Assembly: GCA_051047955.1 (NCBI GenBank)
Contig: JBPGPT010000027.1
Span: 62,001 to 126,000 of the forward strand
Reading direction: 5' to 3'
DNA length: 64,000 nt
From: Cystobasidiomycetes sp. EMM_F5
Taxonomy: Eukaryota
Made by a program: the position numbers and the translations under genes. The notes below the pieces were generated by a model, which had not been told where the DNA came from, made no database searches, and saw only the letters and a program-made list of their open reading frames with translations. Of the stretch, positions 50,792 through 63,887 are shown one piece after another; the first letter of the stretch is position 1, and each line of letters opens with the position of its first letter.

Positions 50792-52083
50792 TTACTCGAG
50801 ACAATCAGTTTCAATCTCGCGTATGCTGTGATTCACGCTACGTGCCATTTTCTCAGCTGCACGCGCCTTTGTCTCGACATCATCTTGCTCGCAGTACACT
50901 GGTAATTGCAAGAATGCGTTCTGACACCATTTGGAAGCAATGATGGCAGGCGCTGCGATTTGGTACTGCACGCTCGGAGTGCTGGCACGGCCTTGTTCGT
51001 CTATGATGGTGTAATCCAATATTACCAGGAATGTGTGAGTATTGCGTAGACCAGTAATGCTTGATGGGAGTGTAGAGGGCCTTATTGCTTCTCCGTCTTG
51101 AGGCATGGCAAGCTGGAACTGGTGGGATAGGGCAAAGTCCTTCCCCTTGTCCAGCTTGGCCAGGACGCCTGTACTGCGCCCAGTTGACCACAGGGGAAAT
51201 GTTTCTCTCACGTGGCATACCTTGCCATCCTCATCACTTAGATTCGTGAGCTGGTAGTCTTGCTCGAGGCCTATCCTGATTGCATCGATGTGAACATCTC
51301 GCTGAACACTTGCAAAATGTACGTCGATGGAAACATAGCCGTTGATTAAAAGATATCTGGATGCTAGACGGATTCGCATCGGACCCAGCACATCATGCAA
51401 GACTTCGCGAATTACATTATAGCCAGGCACTGCGGATCCTTCTTTGCTGGGATTGGCGACTGCACAACGAGAAGGCTTCAGATTAGACGGCCCTCATCGT
51501 GAAGGTGTATGAACAAATGCACGGACCTATGTACAATTCACAGTTGGCCGAGATTGGCTTCCGCCCATCTCTGGACGCAGTTGCTTCCAGAGCGTAGCAA
51601 GTAGACCCGTACTTCGACTTGTCCGTCGGCGCGGAATTTTGAGGCAGGTAGAACTCAAAGTCGAAACTACAGACCAAGCCATGTCAGTATGGCCCATTTC
51701 AACGCGTGTCTCGGCGATATTTACCCATGATCGCCAATTGGCCATATTTCCGTTTCGAGACCAGTAGGAATACTCCGTGTCTGCCGAGATACCTCGTAGT
51801 GCTCCATGCCGCGTCCCGTATAGACGCTTTGTCGGCAAACCTGCATATTGTTTTAGGCTATTTAGCTCTATTTCGAATAAGTCCGTGCAGCTCAATGTAC
51901 GAGATCTATGGCCAGACGCGGACCTCTTGTCGGAGAATGGACCGAGAAGACGACCTTTCCACCAACAAGCGTTCGGGGGTCATCAGCATTGCCGGCTTGC
52001 AAGTCAGGACATATCGGAATGAGGTGTCTGTAGGGGAAGGGGTGTATGCTTAATTTCGCAGAAGCAGGGCTGAACAGAGGCAT
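50792..52083 (-). CDS. Arrestin-fold (alpha-arrestin-like) protein
   Basis: Spliced model with LVGGKVVF, FDFEFYLPQNSAPTDKSKYGSTCYALEAT and IRPSTLP...LRNTHTF, plus a C-terminal LPVY (L/PPxY) motif. Confidence 0.55.
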
Positions 52084-52292
52084 CTGGCAAGATGAATCTA
52101 GATCAGAACGTATGGAAGAAGGGATAGTTGGATCAGCGGACAGCGAGATGATCAATATTTCTAAGCAGGATGATTTACACGTGATTTAGATTAGTCAGCG
52201 GTACTAAGTAGTATACGACTACAATTCGTGTTGCAGTCTGCTGAAACTGAGCCCGACTATCGGGTGACGCGCCTTACTCGGACAGCTACCCC

Positions 52293-53030
52293 TCACGCAG
52301 CAGGCTTCTTCCCATTCGTCTTGATTGACTCGTTCAGCCGCACATTACGTTTTGCTAAGAGAGCTTGCGTCTTGTCGATGAGTACATCGTGCACCTTCTC
52401 CGTGTTTTTCATCGTGTCTTCCAGCCCTTTGATCTTGTTGTTTATTGCCTCGTGTTCGCTGACCATCTTATTGAAGATGTTGCGAAACTTGACATTCTCA
52501 TCCATTAGCTTGTCTTTCGCTTCTTTGTCTTTGGCATTCGAGTCTTGCAGTTCCTTGAGCTTGTCTTTTGTCTGCTGGAGCTGGTGTGCCATCTTGAGCA
52601 CCTTGTCTGCCGCAAAATATAACTACTCAGTGTTTATGCTACCTTGGAGCAGACAAGGGATATCTTTACCATTCATACGTTGCCAAGCGATGAAATGGAA
52701 TTCATTATTGGACTGTCTGCACTTGAAGTCATGTACTGCATCGCGTGCAATCCCGAGAACGCTGCCGTGGTCGTCGCATCTGTATATTGGATTTGCTGCT
52801 GACCGTGTCGCGTTTGATATTTCGACAAACACCTCCCATTCGACTTGGCATACTGGATGCACGATGGGAACTGAGGGATTTATGCTGTCAGGCTATTATG
52901 TTTTGAAAGACAAGTGCAGTGAGCTTCAGACTTGCGGTAAACACCGTCCGACCAGTTGAACTCCGGCTCGACTTGACCTGACGGATACGGACAGAGGATG
53001 CACTGGTTGCACTGATTGGACTGAATGGCG
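52293..53030 (-). CDS. Hypothetical degenerate RING-like plus coiled-coil protein (5' end uncertain)
   Basis: QCILCP...VHPVCQVEW...YRCDDH, followed by a heptad-rich last exon (KMAHQLQQTKDKLKELQD...KKPAA*). Confidence 0.45.
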
Positions 53031-53416
53031 TGAATTGTTGCAGGTGAGAGCATGAGAACGATAGAGTCGGACCGAATCAAGTGCAGCGTGCGGAATGGGT
53101 AAACGGTTGTTCGACGCCGAGTTGGGCAAGCGTCCGTACGCGTTCTTCAGCGCGTTGGATATCGAATGTGACCTTGTAAGACGATTCGTCTGCAGGTTTC
53201 GAACATGCTCATAGCATACATGGCCTGCGAGCGGAGACAAGCGGCAACACTCCAAATTGTTTATGTTACAGCGAGCTTAAGAACGCAAAGACTAGCACTC
53301 GCAAAATGGAAATTGCTGGATGCTCAAGACTGCAACCAGTTGCGGAGATCGCTAAATGACGCGTCGGCACAGTGTAAAGGGAATAATGAGGATGCCTAGC
53401 ACAGCGAGCGAGGGTT

Positions 53417-54330
53417 TTACGAATCGCTGAATTTGCTGGCTTCTTCAGTAGCAGCTACTAGAGGAGCCGCGGGGTTGTCCTGGAGAGCCATTGTTGCAGC
53501 AGCAAACCCGTTAAGGAGCTTGCTGAACTTGAAAATGAGCTCGTCGGAAGCGCTGACAGTCTTCTCCATGGCATCTAACCTCTCCGACAGCTTCTTGTTT
53601 GTCTGCTTCAAAGTATCATTCTCCTCCAGCAGTGTTTGCAGCTTCTTGTCCACATCAACGCGGTCGTTCGCGAGCGTGACGAGCTGCTTTTGTTCCCGTG
53701 AGAGGTCGGGGGCAGCTGAGAGCAAGCTCATTATCAGTCTTCGATAGTGGCGACTTGGCGTAGCGCAGAAGATTGTTTTCGTTCTCACTCGTAGCGCCGG
53801 CTTGCCCTTCGGGTAGGTCACAGACTGCCGAGATCATGCTCCATTTCGAATGAGCACAGAGGGGGCATGAAATTTCACCATTGCCGAGCGCGAGCTTCTT
53901 TCTCCAGGTTCGCTGACAGAGGTGTTGATATGGGTGTCCTGTCGGTACCGCAAAGCAGCAATAGTACGAGCAAAGTAGTGATGACTTGCACAGCATACCG
54001 CAATGAGACTGGACTACGTTCCCTAGATGCAAAGTCGGGTCCTCTTAAGTTAGCCTCCTGCGGTAGCAACATTTCGGCTGGTATGTTGGACATTGCTTAG
54101 AGGCAGAAGAGTGTGAATCCAGGAACGCGCTTCCAATCAGCCCGCGATGGAAGTGCACGATGGATAGACAGCAGTAAAGGAACGCTTTTAGTACGTCGCA
54201 CGACTCTCTCGACTGCATGCGCAGTTCCGTCCCCGTCTCCGTGTCGACGAGTACAACGTCCGTCGTTCCGTCGTCGACACTCCGTCCAGGCTTTCGTGTG
54301 AACAGCAACGGTGACTGTACGACTATGGAT
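53417..54330 (-). CDS. Hypothetical RING-like plus coiled-coil protein (5' end uncertain)
   Basis: SHCG|HPYQHLCQRTW...SCPLC, then a coiled-coil last exon (KKLQTLLEENDTLKQTNKKLSERL...SDS*). Confidence 0.5.
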
Positions 54331-54756
54331 AGGCAGAATAGCGCGTGCGTCCTTGTAGCCAACATCAGTATAACGAGGCCCGAGCAACGGTGTGCTTCGA
54401 TAAAGTCGGAATTGAGGTAAGTCGTCAGCTCTGAGCACGCTTGTTAGGGACTATCAGCTATTGATTCCATGTCGGTCTTCGTTATTGTCAGTTTATGCAT
54501 CGGTCTCCACCATTGTTGCGATTTCGTTTATTCGAAATGACGAGGTCTTTGCTTTCGACCTTCTTTCCTTTTGCCAATCTGCCCATCTGAGCATCACATC
54601 ATGCAGTGCACACGGTCTTTCATACGGCCATGGATGGGTGCTGGCATCGCTGGGCTGGTGAGTGAGTGTAATAAAGTGTTGATGAAGTGCTGACGATGCA
54701 TTATAATGTCCGATATCCAGTGCCATGGCAGCAGTATCCCATCGACATCCACAGCC

Positions 54757-57622
54757 ATGGCGACAGTGACGGCAGCGAGCAGGCTGATGCACAGCGTAGC
54801 GCATACTCGCAGTCAATCATTGGCAGGGTGTTTCCATCATCGACCCCAGCATCATCGACATTTTGAAGCAATAACCCGTCTCACTCCAACAACCCGCCCA
54901 CTCTCATTCTCGAGCATATTCTCACCGTCAAGAGCAAGAGCCTTTGCCCTTGAATCGTATCTATCGGCCAATCCAGAGGATGTCGATAGATACGCAGAGC
55001 TGTACGCCGTGTGGTTGGAATCGGCAGACAAGAAGAGTGCTCAGCAGGTAGTGGACAACTACCACAGAGTGACGGGGTTATATGCGGCGACAGTCACCGC
55101 AAATCAGGCGGTGCTACTAAAAAACGACAAGATGTTTGATTGCTATCTGGCTGCAACGGCAATGCTCGGAAAGGATATCCAGGCGAGGTTGGCAGAGGCA
55201 GCGCAGAGGAGGGGTGCGGTGATGACGCATGCGGAGAAGCAGGGGTGGGCGTATTCAACCTTTTACACTCATCCCAACTTGACTGATCATCTTCTACAGT
55301 CCACCTACGCCACCAGTCACGCTCACCGACGCGCAGATTGCAAGTGCAGTAGTGTCACGCAACAACCCAAATGCGAATGTGAGGGTGCTGAATAGGGACG
55401 CATCGGCTACTCCGCTGGTAGGACTGCACATCAAGGACGATGCGAAACTTGATACGGCAGAGAGCCCGGCAGCGACTAAATTGACAGAGGATATAAGAAA
55501 GGACGAGGGGTCTGACACTAACGCAGCTCATCCTGTCACTCCGAGTACCAATATCTCCACACCCTCATCGTCGAGTACTGCTGCGCAATCTGCGCAACCT
55601 CTGTCCGGTATTGCGATCTCTTCTCCCTCACCATCTAACCCCGCCAGCGCATCCGCGTCTACTGCGCAATCCCAAACTTTCCCGTCGTCAAGTAGCCCCC
55701 CGCCTTCAGCGCCTTCAGGCATTCCACTCCCTAACGCCGGCCCCGCACCCAGCGAACCTATCCGGGTCATCGTCGAAGAAGCCAAAGGAAATCTATGGAT
55801 GAAAGGATTTCTATACATTGGACGAGTGCTACTCACGACATTCATCATTCTCACTCTCTTCTCCTTCATCCTCGACCAATCCGGTATGGCAAGGGGAGCA
55901 GCAGCCGCAAATACCCCAAAGACGTTTGCGGCGCCTAAATCCGGTAAACAGTATACTTTTCAAGACGTACATGGCTGTGAAGAGGCAAAGTCAGAATTGG
56001 AGGAAGTAGTGGAATTTCTCAAGGATCCAAAAAGGTTTTCGAAATTGGGTGGGAAATTACCCAGAGGTGTATTGTTGACAGGTCCACCTGGGACTGGAAA
56101 GACATTGTTGGCAAGAGCAGTGGCGGGAGAAGCTGGTGTGGTGAGTCGAGTACACTCACTGATTTTGAAGCTAGTTGCGAAGAGTACGCTGATTCATGTG
56201 CGAACGACAGAACTTTCTGTTTGCATCTGGCTCGGAATTTGATGAAATGTATGTCGGAGTAGGCGCAAAACGGATGCGAGAGCTCTTCACTGCAGCAAAG
56301 AAGGCATCGCCGGCTATTATCTTTATCGATGAGCTGGACGCTGTTGGCGGAGCGAGGAATCCGAAGAATTTAGTATATCAGCAGCAGAGTGAGCAGAGAT
56401 CATACAACAAAGCTTACCAAGCCAGGTCACTGATTTCATCCCATTTTCAATCGATACCAGCTCTTAATGAACTTCTCGTTCAGCTTGATGGATTCGCGCA
56501 AAGCGAAGGTGTCATCCTGATAGGAGCGACAAACTTTCCGCAGTCCCTCGACAAAGCGCTCGTTCGGCCCGGTCGATTCGATAGACATATCGTTGTGCCG
56601 TTACCGGATGTACGTGGCCGAGTTGCCATTCTCAAACATCACATGCGAGAAGTTTTATCTGAAGCTAGTGAGTCTTGTTTTCATTCTTCGTTATCAAGTG
56701 CAGATCTCGGCTGATGAGTAATTGCAACAGCCGTCGATGCGTCTCTGATTGCTCGTCAGACACCCGGTTTCTCCGGTGCCGAACTTGCAAATCTCGTCAA
56801 CCTCGCTGCTGTAAAGGCGGCTCGAGCAGGACAGCCAAGTGTGACGCTCCGCGATTTCGATTGGGCAAGAGAACGAGTCATGATTGGGAGCGAACGAAAG
56901 AGTGCAGTCATCACGCCCGCTGAGAAGCGCTTGACGGCCTTTCATGAAGCTGGTCATGCACTCGTTGCTATTCTGACTAAAGGATCGACGCCACTCTATA
57001 GCGTTACGTGCCTGCCGAGAGGGAATACGCTGGGTGTTACTTCGTTTATTCCTGGTTGGTACAGACATGCTACTGCTTGTAACGCCCGTCTAATTTACTT
57101 GTCATTGTGACAGAAATGGACGTTCAAGGTCACACTCTACAGGAATTGGAAGCTCGTTTGGACGTCGCCTTTGGCGGTCGTGTCGCCGAGGAGATTATGT
57201 TTGGCAAAGATCAGTACGTACTTTCTCGAGATCCACATGTCTTGGTGAATTTCGTTGTTCATGGCGCTGCCGCTGATGTCTCTTTGGCATGTCTGCACAG
57301 AGCGACGACAGGAGCAAGCAGCGATATTACCAACGCGACCCGGGTAGCAGACTCGATGGTCCGATCTTTTGGCTACAGCGAGTTGGTAGGACCCATGGAC
57401 GCGAGCGACAATTCGACCATAGCGCCCAGCACGCGCTCTCTTGTTGACCAGGAAGTGCGGCGATTGCTGCAGGAGGCGAAAACGAGAGCAACAAACGTCC
57501 TCACGGAGAACAAGGCCAAACTCGAGACGCTGGCGAATGCGCTCATAGAGTATGAAACGCTCTCGAAGAATGAAGTCATGGCTATCCTGAATGGAGAAGA
57601 GATTGTAAAGCCGGCTCTGTAG
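54757..57622 (+). CDS. YME1: Mitochondrial i-AAA metalloprotease (FtsH family)
   Basis: PIRVIVEE plus a TM helix, [76 protein letters not shown]. Confidence 0.96.
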
Positions 57623-57807
57623 AGCGTACGAGCGAGCAAAGGGAGCGAGCATCATTGTGAAGTAGCATTTCAGGCATCGTTGTTGTTACATTCTACACTG
57701 TACATAAGTCCAAGTCCTACGCATAGCGTGCTAGTCTGAGCAAGCTTGCCGAGCGTGTAAACTTGTCAAGCATCGTATCACATACTAGCCTACTCACAGA
57801 AACAACG

Positions 57808-57893
57808 TCAGTCGGGTTGCTGACCTCATCAACGTTGACAAGCCTAGACGTCGCCAACACCGTTCCCTCAGACTCGCCTTTGTGGTTCATCAC
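57808..57893 (-). ncRNA. Candidate box C/D snoRNA (about 86 nt)
   Basis: Minus strand reads GTGATGA (C) - ACCACAAAGGCGAGT - CTGA (D') - hairpin GTTGGCGA/TTGTCAAC - TGATGA (C') - GGTCAGCAACCCGA - CTGA (D). Confidence 0.65.
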
Positions 57894-58576
57894 TGACAAC
57901 CGTGGTCGACGCCGGACTTTTCACACTCCCTTCACATCGGTCACTGGGACACGATATGAGCGACCCGGTTGTGTCGCGCCTGCGCACTGTCTGAAAGACA
58001 ATCACTGCGGCATAGACTACCAGAGTTTTCTCATTCTTCGGGAGGTGTCTGGGAGGGAGGAGAGGGGAGCAAAGGAGCTGTTTGGAGGAGTATACCCACC
58101 TTGATAATCTTGTGACCACCATATTTCGGATTGGATTAGATTTAAATGTACGACGCGAAGGTGACCTCAATTCAATCGCCTCGGCTGATCCAAAGACCGC
58201 CTGAGCGTCCAAGCGGTTGTTTTACTGCGACGTGTTTTTTGTCAAGATAGACAGAAACAATGCCTCTAGGCCTGTCTTTCGAACAGACTGCCAGCGAGTG
58301 AGCGACGATGTAATTGCGTCCGTGTCTTTTCCGAGACGGGTGTCCATCAATCAGATAAAACAGAGTAGACTGCGCTCCTCGCTGGCTTGCTGCGTCTGTC
58401 CGAGCTGCCAGGCCATGGTAGAAAGGAAAGAAAGAAGGAAAGGTCGGATTGCAATGTCGTTTAGAAAAGTTGATCAGATATAAAATATTGGCAATGGATG
58501 GTAATTACTCTGTAGAATACCCTCCAACTGCTGATATTCCCAACTTGCTGGCCTCTGTGTCGCTGGCTGGCTGGCC

Positions 58577-60431
58577 ATGTCGGGCCCCGCTGAAGCTTCG
58601 ACTTCGAAATTTCCAATTCCTCCAGAGCCAGAAGCTGTGAAACCGATACAAGCACAACCCAATGTCCTCCCTCCGCCTCGTAGAGAGCGCTCCAAATTAC
58701 TCCGGTTCCTCGGTATAAACCTCAAGACTCTGCTCGAGTTTGCCCCGTCGAGAAAGACGGCAGGATACGTCGCACTCATCGCGTCGCCCGTAGCTTTCTA
58801 TGCATACGACAGGCAACAAGCGAAACGGATACTCAACGAGTACAAGGGCAAGGTTGCCCATCTGGCAGATGCGCCGCTGCCCGCAGACGATCAGGGAGAG
58901 GATGCGTTACTATCCTGGCCAAAGAAGATTTGGATAATGACAACCAGGGTGCCGGATGATATGGAGGAAGATAGGGCCAGCAGATGGTTCAAGGTGTATG
59001 TAAAGGTGCGTTTGAATGATCGCCCTTCAATTTTACACCTTTAAACGTCGAAAATACAGCCCGTATTGTATTCTGCCGGATACGACTATTCATTTCTAAA
59101 TGGCACAGCTCCCGGTGCGCTCGGACGACGCATACGGGATAAGGTCCGGCTTGAGAGGATAGCCCAAACGACAACGCATCCTATGCTCATACCGGGCGAG
59201 CTAGGCTACCTCGAATCTCTCGATAAACGGCGGCATGCAGCTGGAGAAGGTCTAACTGTTCTCGTTGGGCGGAATACGCTGAAAGAGTACTTTTGGGGAA
59301 TGAAGCAAGGCTGGCTTACAGATTTTGATGCTGTCAGAGAGGAGAAGGGAGATGAGGCAAGAACGGCAGAATTGATTGCGGAACTGGCGATGGATGGGAG
59401 ATTTGATCCTGATCCATTGCCGGAACCGTCACACCCAAATATTGAGTCGGAAAACAGAGATGATGGTATACCACAGCCGTCGCATAATACACAATCGCAC
59501 CAACCTTCCCTCTTCCCGCCGCGCGCCAACTATTCCTTCTTCAACCACATGCAACCCTCTTTTACGTCAACACCCCTGCCAGCAGCGTCACCGGAACCCG
59601 AGAGATCTGTACCTATACACGCCGTGACAGAGATGCCGGTTCAGCCGCCTCTTCTCTTTTTGCCATTCGACCACCCACTAGGCTATTTCCGGCACTGGCC
59701 AGCCAAGATGCTGCGCTACCTTTTCGCTGAACGATATCGTGTCCGTGCCGGGTGCGAAACGGCGCTCGCTATCATCAATGCTACTCACCTGGACGCTGGA
59801 CTGACATTGAATAACCAAGACGCATTCTCGGCATTCGAGCAGGATGATGCAGCCAGAGGGTTGCGCCGTATCCAGCCGCCGAGAAATGTAGTGCAGTCAA
59901 GTCTGCATGAAGCGGACAGAGTGGAGACTTTGCGAATGGAAGATACAGTGACTGAAAATTACAAACGATTACTGTCGGAATATTCTGGAGATGATCTGCC
60001 AAATACTGGAAGCAAGGATCTTGATGCCGATGTAGATGCCGAATGGCGGTACAGAAAGGTGTGTGCAACGTCATTGACCGTCATGAAAGGATCCTGATCT
60101 ACTTGAAATGCAGTCCTTTTCCGATACGCCGATTAGTCTGCTCAAAGTCCGCAAGGATTACTACACGACGCTACCAGACCGCCTAGCGACTGCTCGGGAA
60201 ATAGCAGGCGGGCGACCGCCTACGAAAGAGGAGGGCAAGTACCCACCCAAAACAGAGCCTGAGCTCATTCAAGAACGGCTCAACAAGGAGAAGAAGTGGA
60301 GAAATGACTTTGCAGGCTGGCTCATGACGCGAGTCGGTAGTTCGGTGACATGGGATCCGAGGTTTGAGAACTTCAGAGTACTTGATCTCGATATGGCCAG
60401 AGCAAGGATGGCGAAGCGGGGCAAGGACTGA
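58577..60431 (+). CDS. TIM54: Mitochondrial TIM22-complex subunit Tim54
   Basis: APSRK.. then TM ..YAYDRQQAKRI, KVAHLADAPL, WFKVYVK|PVLYSAGYDY, VGRNTLKEYFWGMKQGW, REIAGGRPPTKEE..PPKTEPEL..ERLNKEKKWR. Confidence 0.85.
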
Positions 60432-60693
60432 GAAGAGCGGCAATCCGAGCTTTTTCATCCGGGAAAAGCCTCGAGGTATCGCAAGACTCGTGCCATACCA
60501 AATATTATGTTGTGCATAGCCTATCTCGTAAACCCCTTGATGTATTCCATTGTTTCCTCGCGTCACCTGACAAGGCTGCCTACAAGCGTGACCTCCTTTT
60601 GGCTTCCGGCCCATCCAAAGCTGAAGCGATATCCAAGTATACGATATCAATATTAATATCTGCAATACAAATCTGAAGCTCTGCCATTGATTG

Positions 60694-63600
60694 ATGGCCT
60701 TGGCTGGCCTCGAAGCCGGGGCAAAGATTGAGAATATCGAGAATAATGGAGACGGCAGGAGCAGCGAAGCGGCGACGGCGACGAGTGGTGATAATCCCAA
60801 GATGATGGATGGGTCATTATCGACCAACGAGGCGAGGTCGCCCGAAGCACAAAGGCTGGAGCAGCAATCACCGCAAGCTGCATTTGAAGCCTGGGATCCA
60901 CGGGGACTCTTCAGTCGGCGCAGGTCTCAGCGAGGCAGTACTTCTACGTCTACGAAAGAGGAAAGAGCAAGAACTCTCAACGTAGCGGCCCACAATAACG
61001 GCGGATCAGACTCGGTCTTTAGCTCCCCGGTCAAGGCAACGAGCGGGGCAACAAGCCCAAGCAGTAGTATCGCAAGTCTGCCTGACCGCAGTTCTCTGGC
61101 AAACAGTGTATCGTCCAATCTATTGTCATCTAGCGGTCGGGCTGCCCTAACAGCTGTGAGCCGTAATTATTGCTGATGAGATCAATGCAATCTACTGAAT
61201 ACAAGACTACCCGGCAGTCGCCAGCAAGCTTCATCCGACAAAAGACTCCTGCCACATCTCCTACATCTGCTATAGCCATTCCAGGCGCATCCCCTTCCCA
61301 TACTCACGATTCCCCCTACAGCAATACTCGAACTCGCCTGGCGCCCGTCGCCACCAATGCATCATCAGCTACCACATCTGCTACAGCTACTCCGTTACAA
61401 GAAGCACCAAATGATGTAAACTCGCATCACATCGATCCCTCGGATCGGAACCAGCAAAGCCTTGGGCGCAGTAACGCAGCGTCTCAGCTGTTAGCACGTT
61501 CTAGATCACGGTCTCGGTCTAGATCACCAATGTCTTATGAAGACAATATATCAGACAGTATGAGTGGAAGTAGCATTCTATCACCCGCAGCCGAGTTCCT
61601 TGGGTCCTTTTCCCAGCACTCGCGCCAACGGTCAAACACAGGCTTCTTCTCCAAGGCTGGAAGCAGTACCGCAGCTAATAAGCGGCATAGCTCTATCAGC
61701 GATGGTGTACCGCCACAACAACCATCTCCGAGCAACGCAACTTTCAAATCGTCCCACATCTTTGCATCCTTTATTGCGCCAGACCCTGACGAAGAGGGCG
61801 AGGAGATTGACGGATACATTATCGAACGAACCATCGGGCACGGCTCGTATAGTACCGTCAAGCAAGCTCGTCATCTCGAAACGGGTGAACTAGTAGCAGT
61901 CAAGATTGTAAGGCATGCGCAATTCGAGCAACACGGTTTCGCGTCTGCTTCGGGCCTCGGAAGAGCTACGGATCAACGTGGGAACCGTGAAAACAGCGTA
62001 CATCAGCAAAGTAGATCTTCCAGTATGGTTCCGTTCCCTACGCATGCGGAGCAAACGCAACACAGATCCAATGCTATCAACGCTCAGACAGACGCGCAAA
62101 GTGCCGGGAATGGCGAAATGTTCCGTGCGCGGGCCTGCTCAAGTCCGTCATTACCTCGCATGCCCATGCAGCCGAGATCGTCGTCTCGTCATCGATGGTA
62201 CCAGCAGGAAAACTATTCAGGGCTGGATGGCAACGTCTCTGATCCGGACGTACAGTTCGTAGCATCCGGACAAGCTGAAGTAGAGCCCATCGAAGGCGTA
62301 GATTTCGTCGACCAACCCAAAAGCCCCATCACGGATCATGCTATGCAAGGAGAGAGCAGCGATGATACAGACGATACGTACAACATATCTCGAGCTGATC
62401 CAGCTTTACAAAAGGAAGTCAATATATGGTCTCATCTTGAAAACCATCCGCATATCGTACCTTTGCTCCGTTTTGTCGAGACTGATTTCGCGTCCTTCAT
62501 ATTTATGCCGTTATGTTACAGTAATCTACTAGATTATGTCAAGCAACGTGGGCAAAGAATGTCGCAATCACCTCAAACTGGTCACTCTCAGGATCCTGGG
62601 CTGGACAATACTTCACAATCCTCGTCAGCGGCGGATCTTGCGCGGAGTGCAAGTCTATCATCCGCTTCCGGTATTCGTAGGAACCCTTCATTGAGTAATC
62701 CTAACGCTGCAAATAAACCTCAAAGATCAGCTTCTATTCGTATCCGCCGGCCAGGCGAAGTTCCTCCAGAGGGGTGTGGATTGCCGTTTGCAGAAGTGCG
62801 CAAAATATTCGCGCAGCTCGTCTCTGGTCTGCTTTATCTGCATCGCGATGCGAGGGTCACGCACAAGGATATCAAGCTGGAGAATATCCTGCTCGACCAA
62901 CAAGGATCCTTCAGGATATCAGATTTTGGTCTGGCTCATGCTGAAAAGACTATGGCGGCAGGTGGATATGTCTTTGGCGGGAGTAAGAAAGGCGCAAAAG
63001 ACAGGCGTGCTATTGCTCGATCGGATGGAGAAGTCCAATTGAGAGACTTTGGTACTGTGCTTGCCACTTCTGCGCCCGGTGCAGAGATGCCTTCACTAGG
63101 CGAAGCAGGCTCTATGCTGCTTGGCAGAGACGAGCGACGGGATCTGCACTCAAACAATCGGAAACTGCAGAGGCAAGCAGTGCCTGCTAATCTCGATCTG
63201 GCTGCCAACTTCATTGATCCGACGGCTGGATCGCTGCAGTACACGTCTCCGGAACAAATCAGATCACCTGCCGCAATCACGGATGCATCGGTCGATATAT
63301 GGGCCCTGGGCTGCGTGCTCTATGCGCTTATTACAGGATCACTACCGTTTGATGATGGTTTTGAGCCCCGTTTACGCGTCAATATCATGAAGGGAGACTG
63401 GGAGATGCCGTTAGTACTGGCAGCTTCGAATAAACAGGACAGCCCGGATGCATTCGCAGCAGACAAGGAAGGCATCAGAGAGGTCCTGGAAGGCTGTTTA
63501 CAGACGGACGCAAGCACTCGGTGGACTATCCAGCAGATTGCTTCCTCCGCCTGGCTGCAAGACGCTGTCCCGTCAGTACTTGCGCCAGCCTCGCCAATGC

Positions 63601-63887
63601 GTGGTCGACGCGTTCGCGATACCAAGAGCAAGCTTGGAAGTGCAAAGGAGAGCGCCGATGAGCAAGAGATTCGGTATCGGAGCCGTAGCCGAGGCAGGCC
63701 AGCCGCGTTGCGGTCCGACAGCACTTCATCTAGTCGACCTGCCTCATTGCGTCGTGGTCCTTCCCAAGATGAGTACAACAGAGCGAGGCGGCAGAGTCCC
63801 ATGTCGTCAAATTCCCGCAGTTCCCGCTCGCAGAGCAGAGGAAGGCGCTACGGAGGCGACAGCTCGAATAGTTGGGAGATTCTGTAG
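60694..63887 (+). CDS. Ser/Thr protein kinase (CAMK-like) with large inserts and disordered termini
   Basis: IGHGSYSTV, VAVKIV, HPHIVPL, HKDIKLENILL, ISDFGLA, GSLQYTSPE, DIWALGC, GSLPFDD. One intron at about 61156-61205. Confidence 0.88.

Noticed and set aside
54414..54424. ACTTACCT on the minus strand as a U1 snRNA 5' end
   Set aside because: No U1 stem-loops or Sm site follow. It is simply the complement of a donor-like AGGTAAGT.
57717..58212. Overlapping ORFs between YME1 and TIM54, or RNase P/MRP/U3 RNA
   Set aside because: The ORFs show no protein-like signal, and GAAAAGTCC lacks the partner conserved regions. A box C/D snoRNA explains the region better.
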